From contig JAWLHJ010000002.1 of assembly GCA_041690395.1 (NCBI GenBank), forward strand, positions 292,707 to 356,706: a stretch of 64,000 bases of DNA, given 5' to 3'. The position numbers and the translations under genes were made by a program. How positions within the stretch are numbered: the stretch's first letter is position 1; every line of letters starts with the position of its first letter. Origin of the DNA: Longimicrobiales bacterium (lineage in GTDB: Bacteria; Gemmatimonadota; Gemmatimonadetes; Longimicrobiales; Gaopeijiaceae). The notes under the pieces were generated by a model. The model had not been told where the DNA came from. It searched no databases and was given only the letters and a program-made list of their open reading frames with translations. Below, one piece after another: positions 48,778 through 58,985 of the stretch.

Positions 48778-49581
48778 ATGTCCAACGTCGCGCTCCTGGT
48801 CAGCACCTACCGGAGTCCCCGCGCGCTCGAGCTCTCGCTCGACTCGATCCTCCGTCAATCCCACCTCCCGGACGAGGTGCTGGTGGCCGACGACGGCTCC
48901 GGCGCGGAGACTCGTGCCGTGGTGGACGTAGCGGAGCGCCGGCTCGCCGAGCGTGGGGTTCGAGTCCGCCATCTATGGCACGAGGACCTGGGCTTCCGCG
49001 CCGGAGGCATCCGCAACAAGGCTCTCGCCGCCGCGACCTCCGGGTACGTCGTTCAGATCGACGGCGACGTGATTCTGCATCCGCGCTTCATCGAGGAGCA
49101 CGTCGCCTGGGCCCGGCCCGGCTACTTCCTCTGCGGGCGTCGCGCCGACCTGACGCCCGAGCGCACCGCCGAGATCGAGACCTCCAAGACGCTCCCCGAG
49201 CGGTTCCGGGCGTCGCGGGACTTCGAGCGCCTGAAGTACGCCTTCCACTTCCCTCCCCTCACGCCGCTCTTCCTCCGTCAGTACGCCCGGTCGCATACCA
49301 AGGGGCTCATGGGCTCGAACATGTCGTACTGGCTCGAGGACGCACTCCGCGTCAACGGATACGACGAGGGTTTCGAGGGGTGGGGCAAGGAAGACAACGA
49401 CTTCGCCCTGCGCCTCCTGAACAGCGGCGTGCGCAGGCGCACCCTCGTCGGCTCCGCGCTCCAGTACCACCTGCACCACCACCAGAACGACCGCTCCCGG
49501 CTCGAAGCGAACGCCAGCCGCCTGGACGACACGCGGCTTCGCGGCCGGGCACGCTGCGCCAACGGGATCGTGAAGGGCTGA
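48778..49581 (+). CDS. Glycosyltransferase family 2
   Basis: VADDGS, IDGD, VNGYDEGFEGWGKEDND, HLHH. Confidence 0.9.
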   Translation: MSNVALLVSTYRSPRALELSLDSILRQSHLPDEVLVADDGSGAETRAVVDVAERRLAERGVRVRHLWHEDLGFRAGGIRNKALAAATSGYVVQIDGDVILHPRFIEEHVAWARPGYFLCGRRADLTPERTAEIETSKTLPERFRASRDFERLKYAFHFPPLTPLFLRQYARSHTKGLMGSNMSYWLEDALRVNGYDEGFEGWGKEDNDFALRLLNSGVRRRTLVGSALQYHLHHHQNDRSRLEANASRLDDTRLRGRARCANGIVKG

Positions 49582-49627
49582 GTCGGCGGAGACCTGAGCG
49601 GAGAGGCATGGGCGCTGAGGCCCGAAC

Positions 49628-49704
49628 GACGACGGCCCCACCCGCCGGAATCGACGGATGGGGCCGTTGTCACATGAGCGGGGCGGCCACGGGCCGCTCG
49701 CTCA
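49628..49704. terminator. Two hairpins between convergent genes
   Basis: GACGACGGCCCCA...TGGGGCCGTTGTC and TGAGCG...GCGGCC-ACG-GGCCGC...CGCTCA. Confidence 0.5.
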
Positions 49705-49713
49705 CCTCACCGG

Positions 49714-52700
49714 CTAGCGCTCGTCCTGACTCACGAGCCTCGAGAGCCGCTGGAGCCGCTGCAGCACGTCGTCCATCTGCACGCGAAGCTCCTGGTAACG
49801 CTTCTCCGCCTCGCCTCCCGGCGGCTGGTCCGCACGCATGGTCGCGCTGTAGAGGTAGTTGATCTGATCGATGAGCATCCGCGGCGGATAGACCGTGATG
49901 TCCTCGGGCGGCAGGAGAATCGCCTTCACCTCCGCGATCTGCTCCTCGACCGTCTCGGGGTTCTCGCGACCCTCGAGCACGTCGAGCTGCCGCAGCGCGT
50001 TCCGGCCATCGGTGATCAGGTCACGGACCTGGATGTTGTGCTCGAACTGCTCCCGCAGATCCGCCACGGTCGTGCCGTCCATCTCGACGCGCGGGTCGAT
50101 CCGCAGATCGAGCGACACCTCGCGCGTGCTGCTCGGGCCGTGCAGCCGGACAGTGTATTGACCCGGAACCGCCATGGGGCCGCGCCCACCTCCGTCCGGA
50201 CCGGGATAACGCAGGTCCCAGATGAAGCGGTTCAACCCCGGCTCCGCGGGCAGCTCGTCATTCCCGGACAGCGTGCTGCGGAACTCGCGCACGATCGTAC
50301 CGGACGCGTCGATGATCTCGAGCGACAGCTCACTCCGCACGTCACCGACCATGTAGTCGATGGCGGCTCCGGGGGGCGGGAACTCGGGTGCGCCCGGCTC
50401 GTTGGAGCCGGGGTTGTAGCGCATCCGATACGCGTCGCGCGGCTGGAACAGGTGAACGTCCGCGGTCTCCACGGTCGCGTCGAACTGATGAAGCGGGGTC
50501 AGGTTGTCGAGGATGTAGAATCCCCGGCCCATCGTCGACAGGACCAGGTCCTGCCGGTACACCCTGACGCCCGTGATCGGCGTCACCGGCAGGTCGAGCT
50601 GGAAGCGCTCCCAGGTGGAGCCGTCGTCGAACGAGACGAACATGCCGCGCTCGGTGCCCAGGTAGAGCAGCCCCTCGCGGTCCGGATCCTCGGCGATGAC
50701 GCGGGTCGGGTTGTCCGACGCGACACCGTTGTTCCCCGGCGTCAGGTGCGTCCAGGTCTGCCCGTAGTCCTCGGTCTTGTAGAGGTACGGCTGCCAGTCG
50801 TCGAGCAGGTAGCGGTACGCGGCGACGTACGCCTTACCCGCCTGGTGGGGCGACACGTGGATGTCGTTCACACGTCCCTCGGCCGGCATGGGCGGCGTGA
50901 CGTCGGTCCAGGTCGCGCCACCGTCGCGCGTCACGTGCACCGGACCGTCGTTCGCGCCGGACCAGATCTCGTCCCGCGAATGCGGCGAGGCCGCGATCGA
51001 GTAGAGCGTGCTGTAGTGCTCCTCACCCGTGATGTCACGGTTGATCGGCGCGCCCGAGATGACCTGCCGTTCGGGCAGGAACGCCGTGAGGTCCGGGCTG
51101 ATCGTCTCCCACGTCCGGCCGCCGTTCGTCGTGCGGTGCACGAACTGCGAGCCATGGAAGACCAGGTTCGGGTCGAACGGCGACACCTCGATCGGCACCG
51201 TGCGCTGAAAGCGGTACGGCAGCTCGGCCGGGTTCACGCCGTACATGTCCACCACGCCGACGTAGAACTGCTGCTCCTGGCCGGTCAGCTCGCTGTAACG
51301 GCCGAAGCGGCCCTTGCAGTTCGAGTAGACGACCAGCGGCTCGATGTCGGGGCGCGGCACCGCCGGCCCGGTCTCGCAGCCGCCGATCTCACGCCACCAC
51401 GACTGATGGCCGCCGAGGTCCGCCTCCGACGGCGGCAGGCTCGGCACGGCGATGGTGGTGTTGTCCTGCTGACCCGCGTAGAGCCAGTAGGGGAAGCGCG
51501 AGTCGACGTCGACCTGATACAGCTCGGACGTCGGCTGGTTGTTGATGGTCGACCACGTGTCACCGCCGTCGAGCGTGACCGACGCACCGCCGTCGTTCCC
51601 CTGCACCTGGATCATCGGGTTTTCCGGGTTGATCCAGAGGTCGTGGTTGTCGGCGTGGGTGCTGGGGCGCATCTCCCACGTGGCGCCGCCGTCCTGGGAG
51701 CGGAAGTAGCGGACGTTGCCGATGTAGAGCTGGTCCGGGTTCTGCGGATCGGCGTGGATGTTCGTGAAGTAGAACGGGCGGCTGATCAGGCTCTGCTGAT
51801 TGCTCATCTGCCGCCAGCTCTGCCCACCGTCGTCGGAGCGGTACACGCCTCGCTCCTCGTCCGGAGCCTCCACCAGCGCGTAGACACGCTGCGGCGCCGC
51901 GTCGGAGATGGTCAGGTCGATCTTCCCGATCAGCCCGGAGGGCAGACCGTTCGTCAGCTTGTCCCAGCTCTCGCCACCGTCGGTCGACTTGTAGATGCCG
52001 CCGCCGCCGGAGGCCTGCATGCCGCTGATGATGGACCACGGGTTGCGCTCGCCCCGCCAGGTCGTGGCGTACAGGACGTCCGGGTTACCCGGCTCCATGA
52101 CGACACCGTAGACACCGACGCTGTCGGCGATCTGCAGCTTCGGCTCCCAGGTCTCACCGCCGTTCGTGGTCTTGTAGAGACCGCGCTCGGGATTCGGACC
52201 GAAGGGATTCCCGACGGCGCCGACCCAGACGATGTCCGGGTTGCTCGGGTGCACGACCATGCGACCGATCTGCCCGGCGTTGTCGAGCCCGATGTGACGC
52301 CAGCTCGTGCCCGCGTCGTCGGACCGGTACATCCCGTTGCCTCGAATGATGTTCGAGCGGATGCCGTCCGAGCCCATGCCCACGTAGAGGATGTCCGGGT
52401 TGGACGGAGCGACACGGATGGCGCCGACGGCCGGGCTCTCGTCGAAGTACTCGTCGGAGATGTTGACCCAGCTGTTCCCGCGGTCCGTCGTCTTCCAGAC
52501 GCCGCCGCCCGTGCTTCCCATATAGAAGGTGGACGGATGGCTGGCATGTCCGGCGACTGCCGTGACGCGACCGCCCCGGCTCGGGCCGACGGACCGGTAG
52601 CTCATGCCCCCGAAGGCGTCCTGATCGAACGCGGCGGGCGCCGTGACCGTTCCGGTCACATCGGGGGAGCTCTCCTGGGCGGCGACATCGTCGCCGACCG

Positions 52701-52779
52701 TGAACATCGCGCCGAGCGCGAACATTATGGGAACGAGCACGCGGATGAACGGTACCGCGTGCCTGGGGTGCGTATTCAA
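49714..52779 (-). CDS. Secreted Asp-box (BNR)/VPS10-sortilin-like beta-propeller protein, paralog A
   Basis: GPSRGGRV, many S/TxDGGxTW Asp boxes, HADNHDLWINP, GNDGG, QQDN, GGCETG, C-terminal helical tail. TTG 52779 after GGAG chosen as start. Confidence 0.85.
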   Translation of the reverse strand: MNTHPRHAVPFIRVLVPIMFALGAMFTVGDDVAAQESSPDVTGTVTAPAAFDQDAFGGMSYRSVGPSRGGRVTAVAGHASHPSTFYMGSTGGGVWKTTDRGNSWVNISDEYFDESPAVGAIRVAPSNPDILYVGMGSDGIRSNIIRGNGMYRSDDAGTSWRHIGLDNAGQIGRMVVHPSNPDIVWVGAVGNPFGPNPERGLYKTTNGGETWEPKLQIADSVGVYGVVMEPGNPDVLYATTWRGERNPWSIISGMQASGGGGIYKSTDGGESWDKLTNGLPSGLIGKIDLTISDAAPQRVYALVEAPDEERGVYRSDDGGQSWRQMSNQQSLISRPFYFTNIHADPQNPDQLYIGNVRYFRSQDGGATWEMRPSTHADNHDLWINPENPMIQVQGNDGGASVTLDGGDTWSTINNQPTSELYQVDVDSRFPYWLYAGQQDNTTIAVPSLPPSEADLGGHQSWWREIGGCETGPAVPRPDIEPLVVYSNCKGRFGRYSELTGQEQQFYVGVVDMYGVNPAELPYRFQRTVPIEVSPFDPNLVFHGSQFVHRTTNGGRTWETISPDLTAFLPERQVISGAPINRDITGEEHYSTLYSIAASPHSRDEIWSGANDGPVHVTRDGGATWTDVTPPMPAEGRVNDIHVSPHQAGKAYVAAYRYLLDDWQPYLYKTEDYGQTWTHLTPGNNGVASDNPTRVIAEDPDREGLLYLGTERGMFVSFDDGSTWERFQLDLPVTPITGVRVYRQDLVLSTMGRGFYILDNLTPLHQFDATVETADVHLFQPRDAYRMRYNPGSNEPGAPEFPPPGAAIDYMVGDVRSELSLEIIDASGTIVREFRSTLSGNDELPAEPGLNRFIWDLRYPGPDGGGRGPMAVPGQYTVRLHGPSSTREVSLDLRIDPRVEMDGTTVADLREQFEHNIQVRDLITDGRNALRQLDVLEGRENPETVEEQIAEVKAILLPPEDITVYPPRMLIDQINYLYSATMRADQPPGGEAEKRYQELRVQMDDVLQRLQRLSRLVSQDER

Positions 52780-52988
52780 GATGGGACTCCGACTGGTTGG
52801 TTCGGGCGGGTGACACTCCCTTGAATACTGGGACTTGAACGCACGCCCGACAACACCACCGGCGCTGGATCTCAGGGCACTCACGCCCCCGGATCGTACA
52901 TTGCGACCCGTTCTTCGACGTCTTACACTTCCATAGTCGGTCGTGACCGACACCGTATGTTTTACACCCATGGTTCAGAGGTAGCTCG

Positions 52989-55900
52989 ATGAATATCCCA
53001 CGGATTCTCGGACGATCGACGGTCCTGGCGGCGGCGATCGCCGTCGGCGTGCCATCCGTCGCCCAGGCCCAGCAGTACGACGAGGGGCTGTACGACGCGC
53101 TCGAGTGGAGCAACCTCGGGCCGGCGCGAGGCGGCCGCTCGATCGCGGTGGCCGGGAGCGACAGCCGGCCCAACGAGTACTACTTCGGCGCGACCGGCGG
53201 TGGCCTGTGGAAGACCACGGACGGCGGCGTCACCTGGAACCCGGTGACCGACGGTCAGATCACGACTGCCTCCATCGGCGCCGTGCAGGTCTGCGAGGCC
53301 AACCCCGACGTCGTGTATATCGGCGGTGGCGAGGTCCAGCTTCGCGGAAACGTCCAGCAGGGCGACGGCATCTATCGCTCCGACGACGCCGGCGAGACGT
53401 GGCGGCACATCGGCCTGGAGGCCACGCAGAACACCGGTCGCATCCGCATCCACCCGGACGACTGTGACGTCGCCTGGGTCGCGGCCCTGGGCATGCACTC
53501 GGCGTCGAACCCCGAGCGTGGGGTCTACAAGACCACCGACGGCGGCGAGACCTGGGAGCAGACGCTCTTCGTGAGCGACGAGGCCGGCGCGGTCGACCTC
53601 GTGGTCGACGCCAACGATCCGGACGTGCTCTACGCCTCCATCTGGGAAGTCTGGCGGAAGAGCTGGGCGCTCTCCTCGGGCGGCGACGACTCGGGGCTCT
53701 GGAAGTCCACCGACGGCGGTGAGACGTGGACGGACATCACCGACAACCTCGGGCTCGAGCCCCGTAACCCGGTCGGCAAGATCGGCGTCGCGGTCTCCCC
53801 CGCGAATTCCCAGCGCGTCTGGGCCATCGTCGAGCACCAGCCCATGGGCGGCGTCTACCGCTCGGACGACGGGGGCGCGACGTGGGAATACGTCAACGAC
53901 GACCCCAACCTCAGGCAGCGCGCGTTCTACTACACGCGGATCTATGCCGACCCGCAGGACGAGGACAAGATCTACGGGGTGAACGTCGGCTTCTACCGGT
54001 CGGACGACGGCGGCGAGAACTTCGACAACCGGATCAGCGTGCCGCACGGCGACAACCACGACCTGTGGATCTCGCCGAGCAACCCCGACCGGATGATCAA
54101 CGCCAACGACGGGGGCGCGAACGTCTCCATCAACGGCGGCGAGACCTGGACCGGCCAGCAGTATCCGACGGCCCAGTTCTACCGGGTCGTCACGACGGAG
54201 CACGAGCCGTATCACATCTGCGGCGCGCAGCAGGACAACTCGACGGCGTGCATGCCTTCGGGGAACTGGGACCACCTCTCTGCGGCCCCCGGCGACTACT
54301 TCTACGCGGTCGGCGGATGCGAGAGCGGCTACATCGCCCCGCACCCCGTCGACACCGACATCTTCTACGCGGGTTGTTACGGCGGTGCGCTTACCCGCTA
54401 CGACCACGCGACCGGCATCACGCGGGCCGTGAACGTCTGGCCCGAGAACCCGATGGGCCACGCTCCGGAGTCGATCCGGGAGCGGGTGCAGTGGACCTTC
54501 CCCATCGTGTTCGACCGGCTCGATCCGAACATCGTCTACACGGGGACCCACAAGGTCTGGAGGACGGACACCGAGGGTCAGAGCTGGGACGAGATCAGCC
54601 CCGACCTGACTCGGGCCATCGACTCGACCATGACCGCTTCCGGCGGGCCGATCACGAAGGACGAGACCGGTGTGGAGACGTTCGCCACTGTGTTCGCGAT
54701 CGCTCCGTCTTACCACGATCCGAACGTGATCTGGGCGGGCTCGGACGATGGTTGGGTCTGGGTCACCCGGGATGGACGGGCCGCGGACCCGACCTGGGAG
54801 AACGTCACCCCGCCGGACGCGCCGTACCTCGTCCGCATCAACACCATCGAGGCGTCGCCGACCACGCCCGGCAAGGCCTATGTCGCCGGCATCCGATACC
54901 TCGTGGAGAACGACCGCTCGCCCTACGTCTGGAAGACCGAGGATTACGGCCAGACCTGGACGAAGATCGTGAACGGCATCCCCGAGGACGACTTCATTCG
55001 CGCGGTCCGGGAAGATCCGAACGTGCCCGGGATGCTCTACGCGGCGTCGGAGCGCACGGTCTACGTGTCGTGGAACGACGGCGAGAGCTGGCAGCCGCTG
55101 GATCTCAACCTGCCCACGGTCCAGGTGAGCGACCTGGCGGTCGAAGATCACGACCTGGTCATCGGCACGCACGGTCGTTCGTTCTGGGTGATGCGCGACA
55201 TCGACGTGCTGCGTCAGCTGACCCCCGAGGTCACCGAGTCGGACTTCTGGCTGTTCGACCCGCGCGACCCGATCCGCGGCTTCGACCGCGGCGGCGTGCG
55301 GGTGTACTACCACCTGGCCGAGGAGGCAGAGGAGCTCACGCTCGACTTCCTGGACATGGAGGGCAACCTGGTCACGTCGTTCGCGTCGAGCGCGGCCGAC
55401 GAGGAAGAGGAAGGCGAGGAGGCCGGGAACGGCCCGCCCAGGGAAGCCGGCTCGCACACCTTCTCGTGGAACATGCGCGACCAGGCGTGGACCGACTTCG
55501 AGGGCAGGATCTTCTGGGCGGCCGGCCCCATCGGACCGGCCCTCCTGCCGGGACCGTACCAGGTGCGCCTGACGGTCGACGGCGAGAGCCAGACCCGGGA
55601 CTTCGAGATCCGCATGAACCCGCGCTCGGTCGAGGAAGGCGTGACGATGGCCGACCTGGAGCAGCGGTTCGAGTTCGCGATGCAGCTCCGCGACCGGGTA
55701 TCGGAGGCGAACGACGCGGTCATTCAGATCCGTGACCTCCAGACCGAGATCCAGGACCGGATGAACCGCACGGAGCGCCCCTCCACCGAGGAGCTCGCCC
55801 AGCTGATCCGGGAGAGCCTCGCGGAGGTCGAGGAGGCGATCTACCAGACGCGCTCGCGCTCCGGCCAGGATCCGCTGAACTACCCGATCCGGCTGAACAA

Positions 55901-56108
55901 CAAGCTGGCGGCCCTGCTCAACCTCGTGGAGGGCAGCGAGAACCGCCCGACCGACCAGTCGTACGACGTCTACGAGGTCCTCTCGGAGGAGCTCCAGGTC
56001 GAGCTCGACGATCTGACCGTGATCATCGAAGAGGACATCGCGCGCCTCAACCAGCTCCTCCAGGAGGAAGGGCTCCCGACGATCAATGCCGGGCGGCTCG
56101 TGAGCTGA
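52989..56108 (+). CDS. Secreted Asp-box (BNR)/VPS10-sortilin-like beta-propeller protein, paralog B
   Basis: Signal peptide AQA-Q, GPARGGRS, Asp boxes, HGDNHDLWISP, ANDGG, QQDN, GGCESG, helical tail. Confidence 0.88.
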   Translation: MNIPRILGRSTVLAAAIAVGVPSVAQAQQYDEGLYDALEWSNLGPARGGRSIAVAGSDSRPNEYYFGATGGGLWKTTDGGVTWNPVTDGQITTASIGAVQVCEANPDVVYIGGGEVQLRGNVQQGDGIYRSDDAGETWRHIGLEATQNTGRIRIHPDDCDVAWVAALGMHSASNPERGVYKTTDGGETWEQTLFVSDEAGAVDLVVDANDPDVLYASIWEVWRKSWALSSGGDDSGLWKSTDGGETWTDITDNLGLEPRNPVGKIGVAVSPANSQRVWAIVEHQPMGGVYRSDDGGATWEYVNDDPNLRQRAFYYTRIYADPQDEDKIYGVNVGFYRSDDGGENFDNRISVPHGDNHDLWISPSNPDRMINANDGGANVSINGGETWTGQQYPTAQFYRVVTTEHEPYHICGAQQDNSTACMPSGNWDHLSAAPGDYFYAVGGCESGYIAPHPVDTDIFYAGCYGGALTRYDHATGITRAVNVWPENPMGHAPESIRERVQWTFPIVFDRLDPNIVYTGTHKVWRTDTEGQSWDEISPDLTRAIDSTMTASGGPITKDETGVETFATVFAIAPSYHDPNVIWAGSDDGWVWVTRDGRAADPTWENVTPPDAPYLVRINTIEASPTTPGKAYVAGIRYLVENDRSPYVWKTEDYGQTWTKIVNGIPEDDFIRAVREDPNVPGMLYAASERTVYVSWNDGESWQPLDLNLPTVQVSDLAVEDHDLVIGTHGRSFWVMRDIDVLRQLTPEVTESDFWLFDPRDPIRGFDRGGVRVYYHLAEEAEELTLDFLDMEGNLVTSFASSAADEEEEGEEAGNGPPREAGSHTFSWNMRDQAWTDFEGRIFWAAGPIGPALLPGPYQVRLTVDGESQTRDFEIRMNPRSVEEGVTMADLEQRFEFAMQLRDRVSEANDAVIQIRDLQTEIQDRMNRTERPSTEELAQLIRESLAEVEEAIYQTRSRSGQDPLNYPIRLNNKLAALLNLVEGSENRPTDQSYDVYEVLSEELQVELDDLTVIIEEDIARLNQLLQEEGLPTINAGRLVS

Positions 56109-56154
56109 CGACCACGGACGGTCGCTGAGCACGAGCGACCAGGGCAGAACGACG

Positions 56155-56185
56155 AGCGGGGGTGGCCGGGCCGGCCGCCCCCGCT
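56155..56185 (+). terminator. Probable terminator hairpin
   Basis: AGCGGGGGTGGCCG-GGC-CGGCCGCCCCCGCT followed by TCGTATT. Confidence 0.55.
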
Positions 56186-56270
56186 TCGTATTGGTTGCAC
56201 CCACGGGTCGAGGACGGCATCGTGACCCCCGTCGACGCCGGATGCCCGGCCGTCCCCCTCAGGAACCCAC

Positions 56271-57233
56271 ATGACACCGAGCGACGAGACCTTCACGACG
56301 AGACTGCGCGGACGGGACCCGGACCTCTCCCGCGAGGTCCTCGAGGATCTCTACCGATATCCCCGGAAGAGCCCACTCGTCGCCTGGGCGCTCTGGGTCA
56401 CGACCGGTTTTCTCGGCGGGCACCGTTTCTATCTGGATCGGACGGTCTCCGGGGTCGTCATGCTCTTCACCAGCGGCGGACTCTTCGTCTGGTGGCTCTC
56501 TGACGCGCTCCGGCTGAGCGCGATGGTCGACACGTTCAACGAGGAGCAGGCGCGGCGCGAGAGGCTCGGGCTCCCTCCCACGGCCCTCGCGTTCATGCCG
56601 TCGCTCGACACGCACATCCTGCGCGGACCACCCGTCTGGGCCGAACGTCGAGGGGGCCGCTTCAGGGCCCTGGGCGACGCGTTCGTCCTCCTCTTCGCCG
56701 GGACGGCGCTCGGAGCGGTGAGCCGGTCGACCGGCAACTACGAAGGGATGTTCGCGATTCTCGTGCTCATCGCGGTGACCAACCTCGGAGCGCGCTGGGA
56801 GGCGCTGGCACGCCGCCCCGGGCTTCGGGCGCTAGACCGCTGGAGCCATCGCCTGAGGCTCTACTACTACGTCAACGATCCAGGGTCTCCCCTGGCGCTG
56901 CTGTTCCGCCCCATCGTGGGCACGATGTCCGCCTTCTTCCGCAAGCGCGCCCGCGCCGAAGCCAACATCTACCTTCAGCTCGGGGCGGTCTTCGTGCTGG
57001 GCTTCACGCTGATCGACCTGGCGCAGGCGGTCGCCGAGTCCGGTGGGACGCTCAGGGGGTCGATGCGGGCGCTGGCCACCGAGATGGGCTGGACCTTCAT
57101 GATCATCTACGCGTTCGCCTCACCCATCGGAGCGACGCTCACCACCCACGTGCTCCTCGACCGTTCAGACCGCACGCTCTGGGTCCTGAGCGGCATCGCG
57201 CTGGCGTCGCTCGCCCTGGGCTTGCTGTCGTAG
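56271..57233 (+). CDS. TM2-domain membrane protein with long C-terminal membrane region
   Basis: KSPLVAWALW...GFLGGHRFYL...TSGGLFVWWLSD TM2 signature. Confidence 0.8.
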   Translation: MTPSDETFTTRLRGRDPDLSREVLEDLYRYPRKSPLVAWALWVTTGFLGGHRFYLDRTVSGVVMLFTSGGLFVWWLSDALRLSAMVDTFNEEQARRERLGLPPTALAFMPSLDTHILRGPPVWAERRGGRFRALGDAFVLLFAGTALGAVSRSTGNYEGMFAILVLIAVTNLGARWEALARRPGLRALDRWSHRLRLYYYVNDPGSPLALLFRPIVGTMSAFFRKRARAEANIYLQLGAVFVLGFTLIDLAQAVAESGGTLRGSMRALATEMGWTFMIIYAFASPIGATLTTHVLLDRSDRTLWVLSGIALASLALGLLS

Positions 57234-57248
57234 CGAGGCGGTCCCGCG

Positions 57249-57264
57249 TACGTAGAGATTCGTA
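57249..57264 (+). promoter_or_regulatory. TACGTA-N4-TTCGTA box, second copy of the 19782 motif
   Basis: TACGTAGAGATTCGTA, 93 bp before ATG 57342. Confidence 0.45.
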
Positions 57265-57341
57265 CATTCCCCGCCACCGTCCCTGGACAACTTCCTTCCG
57301 AAGCCCCGGTCTCGTTCGCAGACCCGCACCCGGGAGGACCC

Positions 57342-58985
57342 ATGGACGCATGTCACTCGACCGAACGACCGTCGAACCGGGCGGTCGACCACGACCCACG
57401 TGCTCGAGGGCTCAGGAGCCTCCGTCTCGGCATGGCGGTCGCCACCCTCTCGGGGTTGGCCCTGCTCGCCGCCTGTAGACCTCCGGGGCGGGTTCCGGTG
57501 CTGGTCGAGCCGGGCTCACCCGTGGGTCCGACGGGGACCGAGGGGCCACTGAAGGCCCACCTCCATTCCGGTGACCTGCTCGTCCTCGACCGGTGGCAAC
57601 TCGACGGCGACTCGGCCGTACGGGGCGAAGGAACCAGGTACGACCCGGACAGAAACGAACGGGAAGGGAGCACGGAGCACCGTCTCGCCATCGACTCCGT
57701 CGCGCTCTTCGAGACGAGCGTCCGCCAGGACTCGGACGGAACCTATACCGTCGGCACGGTCCCGCTCGTGACCCTGTCCGTGCTCTCGGCCGCGGTGACG
57801 GGGATCTGCCTGGCCGATCCGAAAGCGTGCTTCGGCTCGTGCCCGACCTTCTACGTCGAGCAGGACGGCCAGGAGCGCCTCGTCGCCGAAGGCTTCTCGT
57901 CGAGTGTGGCCCGCGTGCTCGAAGCTGGTGACGTCGATGCCCTGGCCGGCGTCACCGGACGCCCCGGCCCCCTCCGGATCCGGATGCGTAACGAAGCTCT
58001 CGAGACCCACGCGGTGCGGTCCCTCGGGGTCCTGGCCGTGCCGACGCCTCAGGCGGGCGATGTCGCGGTCACCACGACCGGGTCCTTCCATCACATCGGC
58101 GACGTTCGGCCGCCGGCGGTGTGCCACGCCCCCGAGGGCGACTGCCGCGCCGACGTGGCCGTGCGCGACGGGGTCGAACGGAGATCCTGGACGGACTCCC
58201 TCGACCTGGCCGCACGCGAGACCCTGGAGCTGGAGTTCCCGGCATCCGAAGGGCCGCAGGCACTCGTCCTCAGCGCCCGTCACACTTTCGTCTCGACCTT
58301 CCTCTTCTATCAGACCCTCGCTTATCTCGGCCGGAACGCCGCTCCGCTCATCGCCGAGCTGGAGCGTGGGGACGAGGCGCTCCGCGACGCCGTCGTGGGT
58401 CCGATGCGCGCCCTCGGCGGGCTACGGGTTCAGGTCGCCGATGCCGAAGGCCGGTGGATCACGGCCCACACCTTCGAGGAGGCGGGGCCGCTCGCGACCG
58501 ACCGACAAGCCGTGCCGCTCCCGTCGCACACCGGTGCCGGACCCGTGAGGGTTCGACTCGACATGGTCGAAGGATACTGGCGGCTCGACGAGGTCACGCT
58601 CGCGACGCTCGGGGAGCCCGTGAAGCCCATTCGCATCGAGCCGACGAGCGTGCGGCGCTACGGTGACGCGCGCCCCGACGCGGAGGCCATGCGCAAGCTC
58701 GACGACTCCGGGACCCACCTGGTGACCCAGCCGGGAGATGAGCTGGAGATCACCTTCGACATCCCACCGGACGCCGACCGATACACCCTCTTCCTCGAGA
58801 GCGAGGGCTACTACTACGAGTGGATGCGCCAGGAGTGGCTGGAGGAGGAAGACCCGGTCGCCGCCGCGCTGATGCTCACCCGGCCCGACGTCATGTTCCG
58901 CCGCCTCGCTCCCGAGTTCAAGGAGCGGGAGGCGCGCATGGAAGAAATCTTCTGGAACACCCGCATCGGGAGGCGGCTCCCATGA
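57342..58985 (+). CDS. Hypothetical lipoprotein with hydrophobic helix and CxxxxxxCFGSCP motif
   Basis: GGAGG RBS, lipobox LAAC, GICLADPKACFGSCPTFY, NEALETH, ESEGYYYEW. Confidence 0.75.
   Translation: MDACHSTERPSNRAVDHDPRARGLRSLRLGMAVATLSGLALLAACRPPGRVPVLVEPGSPVGPTGTEGPLKAHLHSGDLLVLDRWQLDGDSAVRGEGTRYDPDRNEREGSTEHRLAIDSVALFETSVRQDSDGTYTVGTVPLVTLSVLSAAVTGICLADPKACFGSCPTFYVEQDGQERLVAEGFSSSVARVLEAGDVDALAGVTGRPGPLRIRMRNEALETHAVRSLGVLAVPTPQAGDVAVTTTGSFHHIGDVRPPAVCHAPEGDCRADVAVRDGVERRSWTDSLDLAARETLELEFPASEGPQALVLSARHTFVSTFLFYQTLAYLGRNAAPLIAELERGDEALRDAVVGPMRALGGLRVQVADAEGRWITAHTFEEAGPLATDRQAVPLPSHTGAGPVRVRLDMVEGYWRLDEVTLATLGEPVKPIRIEPTSVRRYGDARPDAEAMRKLDDSGTHLVTQPGDELEITFDIPPDADRYTLFLESEGYYYEWMRQEWLEEEDPVAAALMLTRPDVMFRRLAPEFKEREARMEEIFWNTRIGRRLP

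Noticed and set aside
52962..56204. 1080-aa antisense ORF, and similar long shadow ORFs (50038-52824, 44859-47522, 23611-25776, 20337-22442, 38980-41136)
   Set aside because: They mirror real genes on the opposite strand. Strong GC3 codon bias removes antisense stops, and the translations have no recognisable motifs.
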